DNA of 64,000 nucleotides from Gracilinanus agilis (lineage: Eukaryota). How positions within the stretch are numbered: the first letter of the stretch is position 1; each line of letters starts with the position of its first letter. Positions 53,607 through 64,000 of the stretch are shown in pieces. Position numbers and translations under genes: made by a program. The notes under the pieces were generated by a model. It saw only the letters and a program-made list of their open reading frames with translations. It was not told the DNA's origin and ran no database searches. Location: contig NC_058133.1 in NCBI RefSeq assembly GCF_016433145.1, forward strand, positions 250,339,375 to 250,403,374, given 5' to 3'.

Positions 53607-56600
53607 CTACACTTGGAAGAGTCCAAAATAGGTAAGGAAGGGAGCAGCCTTGAGGTGTGCGCAGGGAAGAGTTCGAATCTTCAGGGAGACTCCTGGTCGT
53701 AGAGGCAGTAGCCCTGACACCTGGCAGAGCCTGAGTTGGGTGCCTGGGGAACTGGCTGCTGTGGCTGAGAACTCCTCCAGGCAGCGCAGAGTCAAGGAAC
53801 CATCCACAAGCAAGTCCAGCTTCAGGTATACAGCCTTTCCCTCATCAAAGTGCACCTAGGATGGGAATATAAGAGGGCAAAAGTGCAGATGGAATCTACA
53901 CCTTCGGCTTCCCATCAGCTCTTCCTCCACCTCGGAATCCTGGCAATTTGGACAGGTATCCTTCCCAGCCCTCCACTCTTTTGTCTTTGGCTTCTTCCTT
54001 TTCTCCCCTGCCCACTCTTTCCACCCAAAACCTTAAGTTTTGGTTCCCATCAGGGATCTCACCTGACAATACAGGTAGTAGAGGCCAGCTCTGATAACCG
54101 TAAATTCTGCACTCTTGGCATCATAACTCAGTGGATTGGTGCTGTTGATCTTGGCCTCCTCCCAGCCACTCACAGTTCCATCCTCACCTGAATAAAGACA
54201 TATACTGGTGGGTTGTGCGGGGGGTGGGGGGGAGAAGATCTCTTCATAGGCCTTTCCATCTTTCTCTCATACTCCCAATTATAATTAAGAACCAATTACA
54301 ATTAAGAAGAAGTTCATATATCCCACACAAAAATCTTCATCTTTGGAATCTCAAAAACATTCATGTTCTTTGTGGAACTTACTCTGTAGTGGGAAAGTTA
54401 AAAGATTTTGAGGAAAAAAACATTTGGGGAAAATGACAAATACCACTGTATCTGTAAGAACAAAATGCTATAATTTTAGTGCAAGATGGATATTTAGCAA
54501 CAAAAAAGAATTGCTATAAATATGGCTAATTAAGGAAGGCTTCTTGAAGGATGTAAATTTTGAACTGGTCTTGAAGGAGAGGAAGGACAAGATATAGACT
54601 AGTAGAAAAAGAGGAGGAATTGGGATAATGAGCCATTCAATGGTAGGATCTCAAAGGGGGAACAGAAGTATTTTGATTGGATACCAATAGCAGTATTCAT
54701 AGGTATTTATTGATCACTTACTGTGTGTTTCACTGTGCTGTGGATAATAGAAATGAAAGACATGGAAAAGTGCCCATGTATAAAAAAATACAGCTTTTTT
54801 CTTAGAAGCCCCAAACAAGAAATGAAGGGGATGTCCACTTATTAGGGGATGAATGACTAAACAAATCATGATACTTGATGGTATATTATTGTGCCATAAA
54901 AAATGATGAAATAAACTATTTCAGAGAAAACTGAGTCCTCTATGAACTGATGCTGAATAAAGAGATATCTAGAACAATAATTTGTATAAGGACAACAGCA
55001 TTCTTAAAGAAATGAGCCAGTTTTGGTCATGTTGTGTTTGATATTACAGGATAACCAATTTGAAATGCCCAGTAGGCAGTTAGTAATATGGAATTGGAGC
55101 TCAAAAGAGAGACTAAGATTGGATATATAGATTTGCATAGAGTAATCAACATAGAGATGATAACTGAACCCATGAGAACTTCTAAGACTCCCAAGTGAGA
55201 TAATATGGAGAGAATAAGAGGATCCAGGACAGAATTTTGTAGGACTCATATTATATTGTTAGTTGCTTGGACTTAGTTGAAGATCCTGCAGAGGAGTCTG
55301 AGGAGTGATTACTATAGGTTAGAAGACCAAGAAAGCACAGTACAATGAAAAAAACCCAGAGAGGAGACAGTATCCAGGAGGAAAAGGTGAACAATTATCA
55401 AATACTACAAAGAGGTCAAGAAGGATGAAGATTGATAAAAGGCCAGTGGATCTGTCAATAAAGGGATCATTGGTAACTTTTGAGAGAGAGCAATTTCAGT
55501 GAAATGATGAAGTCAGAAGCTAGATTGAGGAAGTCTTATAAGTGAAATGAGAAAAGCAGAAGCACAGAGTACAAACAGTTTTTTCACTGAGTTTAGGTGA
55601 GAATGAAAGGAAGGATAAAGCATAATAGTTAACAAGGATAGTAGGATAGATCAAGGTTTTTTGTTTTTTTTTAATCCTTATCTTTCATCTTGTAATCAAT
55701 ACTAAGTATTAGTTCCAAGGCAGAAGAGGAGTAGAGAATTGGCAATTGGGAAGAAGTGAATTGCCCAGGGTCACACAGGTAGGAAGTGTTTGAAGCCATA
55801 TTTGAAGCCAGGACCTTTCATCTCTAGGCCTCGCTCTCAATCTGTTGAGCCACCAAGCTGTCCCCAACAGTTTTTTAAGGATGGGGTAGACAGGCATGTT
55901 TGGAGGTAAAAGGGAAAGAGTCAGTAGATAAGGAGAGATTAAAGGTTAGAGAGAGAATGGAGCTAATAGTAGTGGTCATCCACTAGAGAAGACAGAAAGG
56001 GTGCATGTAGAGGGATTGGAACTGGTTAGGAGGGAAGAGACAATGGTGAGTGATGTCAGAGGGATGTGAAATGAAATGGAGAGTTTTCTTGGTGAAGTAT
56101 GAGTTTTGAGGTCTTCAGCTGAAAAGATTTGAGATAGGGATGCTGTGGGGAGCTCCAAGAGATCTTTCTTTATCAAGAAAGTTTCAAACAGCCAGTGTGG
56201 GAAGTGGGATAGAGAAATGATTAGGAAGGAGTAAGATTACTTTGCTACAATGAGAGCCCAGTAGGAATCAAATGATATAAATTTCTGGTATACTCAATCA
56301 GTGTAGTTTCATGACTTTTTTTAATTTAAAAAACTCTTACTTTCTGTTTTAGACTAAATACTGAACCACTTTGCTGTCCTATTTCATGACTTTTTAAAAC
56401 AGTATATGACTAAAAGCAAAGGAGGCAGAGTTAGAAGTAATCCAAAGTTGGGATTTAGCAAGGCATGACAGAGTACAGGATAAAGAGGCTAGGGATTTAA
56501 GAAAAGAGGATATGTAAAGTTGAACTGGATCACCAAGGGATTGAAATTGGGAAGATCATAGACAATGTAGGGATGAAGGCCTGAGAGAATAAGAAAGGGT

Positions 56601-59600
56601 GGAAGCATTAGAGGTCCTGGTAAGGATGAATAAAATGGTTAGTAGTTATGAAGCATAAGGAGAGCTAGAATGATTTTTTAAAAAGAATACATGAATATGG
56701 AAGTGGAACATTTGTGGGTAATGGCAAGATCAAGGATATGTAGGGCAACTGAGGTGGAATAAAGTAGGTCATGGGAACTGAATAGAACAAGGAACTAGGA
56801 ACTAGTGAAATGAGGAACTCCATCCAACTACCTAGGCAGGTGTTAAAGTACACAATGGATAGAACCCCGGACCTGGAGTCAGGAAGACCTGAGTTTGAAT
56901 TTATTTTCAGATACTTACTAGTTGTGTGACCCTTGGGCAAGTCATTTAACCTCTGTCTGCCTCAGTTTTCTCATCTGAAAAATAGCACCTGTCTCCCAAG
57001 ATTGTTACAATGCTAAAATAAAATAATATTTATAAATAAAGCATTTGACAGGGAAATTAAGTTATTTGAGATAAAGTCAATGTTTATGTTGGAGTTTCCT
57101 AGTATGAGGACCTAGAGGAGCTGGGACTTGGGTTGGGCCTTGAAGGATAGGTGAGAGGGAGGGGAGGGTAAGGAGGACAACCTAGAAAAGGAAAAAACAT
57201 GAGAAAAAGCTTAATATTGGTAGTAAGAATGGTATATAAAGAGTAGCCTAAAAGATCTACCAAGCTGGAACAATGGGCTCATGAGAAATCACTATGGATT
57301 CATAAGTGACATAATGGTCATTGTATATAAAGAAAGTTATTCTAATAATTGTATGTTTTGTTTTGTTTTCTTTTTAAACCTTTACCTTCTGTGTTGGAAT
57401 CAATTCATAGTATTGGTTCCAAGGCAGAAGAGTGGTAAGGGCTAGGTAATGGGGGTTAAGTGACTTGTCCAGGGTCACACAGCTAGGAAGTATCTAGGAT
57501 CTCCTGTCACTAGGCCTGGCTCTCAATCCATTGAGCCTTCTAACTGCCCTCATTAATTGTATGTTTTCAAGAGGCAGATCACTTCAGCAAATCATACTGT
57601 CATGAACATCTTTGTAACAGTACTCAATACAGCAATTTTTATTTAAAACTTTGTGTAAAGGCTGGGGCCTAGTAGATAGAGCCATAAACTTGAAGTCAGA
57701 AGAAATGAGTTCAAATTTCCAGAGTTCTACCCTTTCCTTAATAAATGTGAGCAAACGACTTAACTTCCAGAGCCTCAAGTTCTTCATCGATAAATTGTAG
57801 TGCTTACCTCAAGGTTTTTGAGAGTCAAATTGAAGTTATAGAGGCAAAGTACTTTGTAAATCTTTTTTTTTTTTTTTTAACCCTTACCTTCTGCCTTAGA
57901 ATCAATATTGATTCTAAGGCAGGAGAGTAATAAGGGCTAGGCAATGGGGGTCAAGTGATTTGCCCAGGGTCTGTTGTCACACAGCTAGGAAGTGTCTGAG
58001 GCCCAAATTTCAACCCAGGACCTCTTGTCTCTAGGTTTGATTCTCAATCCACTGAGCCACCTAGCTGCCCCCACGTTGTAAATATTAAGGTGCTATATGT
58101 TTGTTATTATTGTTGTTCAGTCATTTTCAGTCATATCTGACTCTTCATGACTATTTGGGGTTTTCTTGGCAAAAGTATTGGAATGGTTTGCCATTTCCTT
58201 CTTCAGCTCATTTTATAGATGAAGAAACTGAGGCTAACAGGATTAAGTAGCTTGCCCAGAATCACACATCAAGTAAAAGTCTAGGGTCAGATTTTAATTG
58301 AGGAAGATTCCTTACTCCAGACCTGGCACTCTCTCTGCTGCCACCACCCAGTTGCCCCATTGTTATTATTACTAATATATATCATTGGCCATCCCCTCCA
58401 GTACCTGCCATTTCTTTCATGCCCCTCAACACCCTGGGCCTGTAGGAGGAATTGATCTTTTTTATAGCTCGTCATTGCCACTTCCATGCCTTTCTTTTGC
58501 CACCACCACTCAGCAACTTCTCCTTTGAAGTTCATGCCTTCCATCTCTTATCATTCCTTGTTCCAATAATTGATAATCTGTCTCCAGGACATTCTCCTTT
58601 CTTTCTCAAGAATTTCAGTACCCAGTCTAGTCTTTCTCCCCACTTCAGACCTGGCTCTCAAACTTGGGGACTTTAATTATATACAGTGGTGTCCCCTTTA
58701 ACATCTCAGTTTCATCTTATTTCATCACCTTTGTTAGCTCCCATTACCTGTATCATCACCTTAACCACCCACAAAGATGGCTACATTTTAGATTCCTTCT
58801 TGACTTTGAAATTCTTTTCTCTTATCCTAACCAGTTTTTCTATCTTCCATCCTGCTCCACTTCTTTAAAATCTGTTTTTCATACTTCTATGACCTTTTTA
58901 TTTTTCATTTTCAGATGTGGTCTGTGGTTGACCAGCTTCAGGACACATTATTAGCTACTCTGGAATCCCTTGCCCCTTGGCCAGCTGCTGCTTAAACCTT
59001 ACCACGCTCTACTCTTGGGTTACCTTTACTAATTATTCCAAACCTTCTCTTCTCTCCTTAAGCTCCCTATACTACTCCTTCATCTCTCTTAGCGGAAAAC
59101 TTCTATTTTGCTGGGGGGGGGGGGGGGGGAAGAGAGATAATTTACCATGAGCCCTCTCTCTAACTTCACATTTCAGGGAATGATACTTTTTTTTTTAAAC
59201 CCCTACTTTCCATCTTAGAATCAATACTGTGTATTGATTCCAAGGTAGAAGTACAGTAAGGTCTAGGCCCAGTGATAGGGCACCTTTTGGAACTTTTTAG
59301 GGTCCCTGTGTCATGCCACCCCCCCCAGACTTCCCTGCCCCCCCCCCAGCATTGGTATGCCATGCCTAGCTCGAACTGCAGGCACAGCACTTAGTTTTGC
59401 TCAGCCCTGCCCTTTCACCTTGGGATGGTAGAAGGAGGCTAGAATGCCCCACCCACTGCCTTCAGGGTTGGGGGGCCAGGCTCCCAGCAATCAAGCCAGG
59501 GTCCCAACATGCCCACAGAGAGGTCTCTGTGTGCCATCTTTGGCATGCATGCCATATATTCACCATCATGGGTCTAGGCAATAGGAGTTTAAGGGACTTG

Positions 59601-62600
59601 CCCAGGAAGTATCTGGGTTAAGATTTGAACCCAGGACCTCCTATCTTTGGGCCTGGCTATCAATCCACAGTCACCTAACTGCACATTCCCCCTCCAGGGA
59701 ATGACTCTTGATGAAAATTCACCAAAGTGTCTTTCTTCTAGGGTGCCATCCTTAGACTCTGGGCTTAATTGGGCTTGGTCTCTGGGAGAGAGTGCTGATA
59801 TTATCCCATAAATGCAAGGGATATGTGCTCTGCCTTCTTTTCAACTTGCTTCTTTGACCTGTCTACCCCAAGAAATCTGTAGAACTCCGGAGAGGAGAGA
59901 TGGGAGTGTGTGTGTGGGTGGTGGAGATCCTATATCATTAAGTGCTAAATGGTGTAGTATAGATTATAAATATTTGCATGAAAAAAAGATCAATGTGACC
60001 TGAAGCAAACAGGAAAGACTTTATGGAAGACATAGAATTTGAGATAAACTTCAAATAATAGATGAGATTTCGCTAAATAGTAGTGAGCATGAGTTACCTG
60101 ATTACAGGGAAGGATTTGTATTGGAAAATGGGGTTAGAAACAGGCAAAGGAGTTGACTACATTTATTCCCCACTTAATTTTTTTTTGGGGAAAAAACAAA
60201 ACCAAAAAAACCAACATCAAAAGATCCAGAGGAAAGATGCTACAAAATGAAAGTGAGGTTTAAAAAAGTGGTTGGTAGGGATATATAGTATGGTTTGGAA
60301 GGTCAGCTCTGAGGAGGAGTAAGCCTCTTAATTGTAATAAATTAGGTGTGGGGCCTGGACTGGGGGTTTGGACAGTCCAGCAGGATGGACATAAATAAAA
60401 GAAAACACAACAGCTAACTAACTAGATATGGAGGGATAAGAAATCTTGAAAGGTGAAAGTCCCTTTTCTGACCATAGTTTCCTGCCTTTCTATTTCTCCT
60501 GTTTCCATACTCTCTCAAACTAGCCTTTTGTATTCACTTCAACTTCATTCTCTCACTGGCTTTTTTGGTTTTGTCCTTGACCTTTTCCTCTGTCCTGAAA
60601 TCTCATGCATTGTTTTTTCCCTCAATAATTTTACTTTATTTTATTTTCAGTTCCAAATTTCCTCCCTTTCTCCTTTTCCCTCCAACCCATGAAGAAGACA
60701 AAACAAAAAAAAACAAAACAAAACAAACCCTTACAAATATGTATAGCCATGCAAAATAAATTCCCACATTAGCCTGTTTCCAAAAGTAGAAAAAGAAAGA
60801 GAAAATAGATTTTAATCTGCACTCTGAATCAGTTCTTTATCTGAATGGAGGTAGATAACATAAACCATTTAGAATTGTGGTTGGTCATTCTTTAGTCTCT
60901 CCCTAAACATACCCTCATCAGAGTTACAGTCTTTGGAGTTGACTATCTTTACAATATTGTTGTTACTTTGTAAATTGTTCTGGTTATGCTCACTTAACTT
61001 TGTATCAGTTTATAAAAGTCTTTCCAGTTTTTCTGAACCCATCCCTTTCACATTTCTTACGACACAATAATCTGATTCATTCTTATAGCTTTATGTATAT
61101 AATTTATAAATATTTATCTCTAGTCCAACCTCATTTCTAAACTGCAAAAATGAATTTTCCAACTATCTACTATCCACGTGAGTGTCTAGCCAGCACCTCA
61201 AAATCAGTGTGTCTAGCATGATCTGATCTTCTCCCACAAACCTGACTTCTGACTTCTCTATTAGCACCACTCTTCTCCCAGTCACTAGTCAAAACCTTGG
61301 AGGCACCTTCTACCTATAGCCAATCAGTTTCTGAATTTTGAGAATAAAGGAAATATGGACAAGCAAAAGAGTTCCCTGCTTCCTTTTCAAGATTCAGTAC
61401 TTAAACAACATTTTGGCAATTTTCCCCCCCTTCACTCTCCAGCCCCCTGCCATTCCTCCATCCTGTCCATTTCTAAGGCCATTCCCCTATTGCAAACTAC
61501 ATAGCCTGGCATTCAAGGCCTTCCACAAAGGAGTAGAGGCTAAGAGTTTAGGGGAATTGGGCAGAAAGCCAAAAACTGAAGGAGATTGATCTTGTATAGT
61601 TCAGCTCTTCAACCCAGGCCTGACCAGTTCTTATCCTGTTCACCAGCCCCTCTTCCCTGATCAGGGCACACTGTTCTTTTCTCTTGATACCTTCAAGAAA
61701 CAGCATAGAAAGTAGAGTCCATCACTTACCAGCCTGAGCTCGATCCACCCCTGCTTTTGCACGAACTGCAAAACACAGAAATATTGTAACTTAAGGAGGA
61801 GAATTCTTGATTCTGTTTCCCCAATGCTATTACCAATTTAGGCAGGCCCACTGTTCATCTCACCTTCATAGTGGGCCGCATTCACTTTTCGAGCCCGAGC
61901 TCTTTGACTCTTCACAGCTAAAAATGAAAGAAAAGACAGATGATGTGCCAAGGCATTTTTTCTGGGTACCCACAGATCTGACTTACCCAGGTTCTACTAT
62001 CTTTCCTGAATTCAGCCCTTTGCCCCCAGCCTGGGCAGCTCTTATCCTGTCCACCACAGTCAGTTCCCTGATCTGGACACACTATTCTTTTCTCTCTCTT
62101 TCTCCTACTACCTCTCTATCTTGTTCATAGTCAAGATCTGGTAAGAAGCAAGGATGGAATGGTGGGACACTCACCACGGGATAGTCGTGCTCCCCTCTTC
62201 AGGGCAGGAACTAGATTCTGACTTTGGGGAATCATTTGCTAAGGGAAGTAAGTGAAGATTTGAACCATAACCTTGGCCTATATAGCCCCAGCCCAACATC
62301 TAACAAAAGAGATACACAGGTTAAGAAAAACAGTATGAGAGAATCCTACAAAGTTTGTGTCTGAGAGAAGAGTATAAAGATGAGAGATAAAGCCAGGGAC
62401 AAAATAGCAACAGAATTTCATAGCTATTGGGGAAAGTGAGACATCTTATCTAACCAGCTTATTTTGCAGATGAGCAAACTGAGACCAAGAAAGGGAGAAT
62501 TAACTTCCTAAAGGTCATTCAGAAAGTGAGCTTGGGCTTAGAAACCAATGTTTTCCTTCAGCTGTTCCAACTTTAGGAAAGACTTAGTCTCTCACGGTTA

Positions 62601-63246
62601 AAAAATAAATAAAATGTGGCTTGAGGAAAAGAGTGTATAAGAAAGACTGAGTCCACTTCCAGGCTTTCCTGTCTTTCCAGGACCCCTAAATGTGTGCCTC
62701 TGAGGAATCCAGAAATGTGCCCTTAAGCCAGATTCAAGGCAGCAGAGACACTGAGAGAGAATGAGTCACAGAGACAGGCTAGAACAAATAAAGACACCCA
62801 AGGAGCTGCATCTCACACAAATAAACATACTCACCACCTCAGCCTCCTTCTCCTCCACCATCTCTTGCTGGGCTGGGACCTATAGAGAGGAACAGGGGAG
62901 GACATGACATGGGAAACACACCCGCTCCCCCCTCCACCTGATTCCTCACCCTTTGGCTCCTCACTTCCTGCCAACTAAAAGTTCTATGCCTCATTTTCCT
63001 CCTGTGTCTATTCCACCAGTTCTCTCTAGAATGCTTACTCTGGCTCTTCCAAGCACTCCTCTATTTCCAGAGCAAAGAGGATCTCACCTGGGAGAATGGG
63101 GATGCCCGGGTCCCCAAGCTGATAACCACTAGCAAGAGGCCGAGACAGGCAAGAGAGAGGCCCAGGGCCAGGACCAGGGTGGGTAGCAGGGCGGTGCCCA
63201 GCTCCCCCCTTCTCCCTTTCCGCCTCTGGCTCCTACGAGTGGCCAT
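53607..63246 (-). CDS. TNFSF12: TNF superfamily member 12 (TWEAK), 7 exons, 243 aa
   Basis: Exons 63246-63088, 62879-62835, 62238-62175, 61917-61864, 61765-61730, 54187-54063, 53855-53607; total 732 nt, all GT-AG. Peptides MATRRSQRRKGRRGE, AAHYEV, GLYYLYCQVHFDEGKAVYLKLD, TYFGLFQV*. Exons 2-3 rest on weaker similarity. Confidence 0.93.
54760..55000 (+). mobile_element. Old L1 3' fragment
   Basis: L1-like ORF2 end: ..gaatgactaaacaaat..tattattgtgccataaaaaatgatgaa. Confidence 0.5.
55010..56660 (-). mobile_element. L2 LINE fragment in TNFSF12 intron 5, interrupted by a SINE1 at 55657-55865
   Basis: Minus-strand SHGFSYHLYVDYSMQIY resembles the L2 RT YADDSQIY region. Confidence 0.7.
55657..55865 (-). 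mobile_element. SINE1-like element nested in L2
   Basis: Reverse complement of the SINE tail and head. Confidence 0.8.
56845..57050 (+). mobile_element. MIR/CORE SINE
   Basis: ggacctggagtcaggaagacctgagttt..gtgaccttgggcaagtcatttaacctctgtctgcctcagttttctcatct. Confidence 0.75.
57360..57550 (-). mobile_element. SINE1-like element with a 14-bp TSD
   Basis: TSD TAATTGTATGTTTT at 57346-57359 and 57554-57567. Confidence 0.88.
57863..58072 (-). mobile_element. SINE1-like element nested in a MIR
   Basis: TSD acKttgtaaat at 57851-57861 and 58073-58083. Confidence 0.88.
58110..58350 (-). mobile_element. MAR1-type marsupial SINE
   Basis: gttgttcagtcattttcagtcat..ggttttcttggcaaaagtattggaatggtttgccatttccttcttcagctc. 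Confidence 0.75.
58600..58990 (+). mobile_element. L2 endonuclease-region fragment
   Basis: Degenerate APE motifs GDFN (ggggactttaat) and THKDGYILD. Confidence 0.6.
59186..59690 (-). mobile_element. SINE1-like element split in two by a MITE
   Basis: Tail half at 59186-59268 and head half at 59572-59690 join seamlessly at gtctaggc. Confidence 0.8.
59269..59571. mobile_element. hAT-superfamily MITE (Charlie-like)
   Basis: 8-bp TSD GTCTAGGC at 59261-59268 and 59572-59579; imperfect terminal repeats CCAGTGATAGG / CACCATCATGG; subterminal GGCATGCATGCCA palindrome. Confidence 0.75.
60640..61060 (-). mobile_element. Old marsupial L1 3' UTR-like fragment
   Basis: T-rich text typical of an antisense L1 3' end; family not resolved. 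Confidence 0.4.
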
Positions 63247-64000
63247 GGGGGTGGGGGGCTGTGCTTCACAGCCCCCCCCATAAGGACCGGAGGGAATGGG
63301 GGAGGGGGAAGTGGGAGGGAGCAGGCTGGAAAGAGGGAGGGGCAAGGGAAACGGGAGGGAGGAGGGGGATGAGGGACAGGAAGCGGACATGTGTTAAAAA
63401 CGGAGTAAGATTGTTAGAGATTGCTTGTTTTTATGTGAAATAGAACTCAGTACATGGTTTGGGGGCTTTTTTCTTTTTTATCCCTGATTACAGAATGTAT
63501 AAAATAATGATGAATATAAAACTTGAAGAGTACTTTTTGTGTTACTGTGAAAGCCATAGAGAGCATAAATCTGATTGGAGCATGTATAAAACAGTTTAAT
63601 TTGTTTGTTAAACAGAAACAAGTATGTGTCAAACAGACATGAGAGGGTATGTTTGGGAAGTGGAATGATTAGTCTATGACTTTGAGATTCCCCCTGGAAC
63701 TTATTCCCTCTGAGCAATTACTAATTTAAGGCTAACCATTAGGCAACTGTTTCCACTTCTGCTTATCTTTTCCCAGACCTGATTATTTTGCCTTGATGCC
63801 TCCATGATTACTTAGATTAACATGTGTTTGAATACTCTATGTCTTACATTCCAGTTTAGGGCTCAGCAAATACAGTTTGTGATCAGAACAATTCAATTCC
63901 TCAAACATTATGAAACTCCAACAAGGCACTGGATCAGGAGCCAGGATAAAAAGATGCCAAAAAGAACTCCACAATGCCTACCCTCCATCAAGTAGTGGGC

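Overview
This is mammalian (marsupial) genomic DNA. The many copies of a ~190-nt tRNA-headed SINE resembling opossum SINE1 point to a didelphid, most likely Monodelphis domestica. The window holds the conserved gene cluster FXR2(+), SOX15(+), MPDU1(-), CD68(-), EIF4A1(-), SENP3(-), TNFSF13/APRIL(-) and TNFSF12/TWEAK(-). I traced every coding exon by hand, and all eight reading frames close. EIF4A1 introns carry clear SNORD10 and SNORA48 orthologs. Main points for follow-up: (1) an unassigned H/ACA-snoRNA-like element in EIF4A1 intron 8, next to an apparently decayed SNORA67 in intron 9; (2) an in-frame GUG-initiated 90-aa N-terminal extension of FXR2; (3) two probable GC-AG introns in CD68, plus a splice donor duplicated by a SINE insertion; (4) signs of SOX15 degeneration; (5) weakened furin sites in TWEAK, with an intact phase for a TWE-PRIL read-through fusion; (6) a hAT MITE nested inside a SINE. 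Comparisons with human sequences are from memory and need alignment to confirm.
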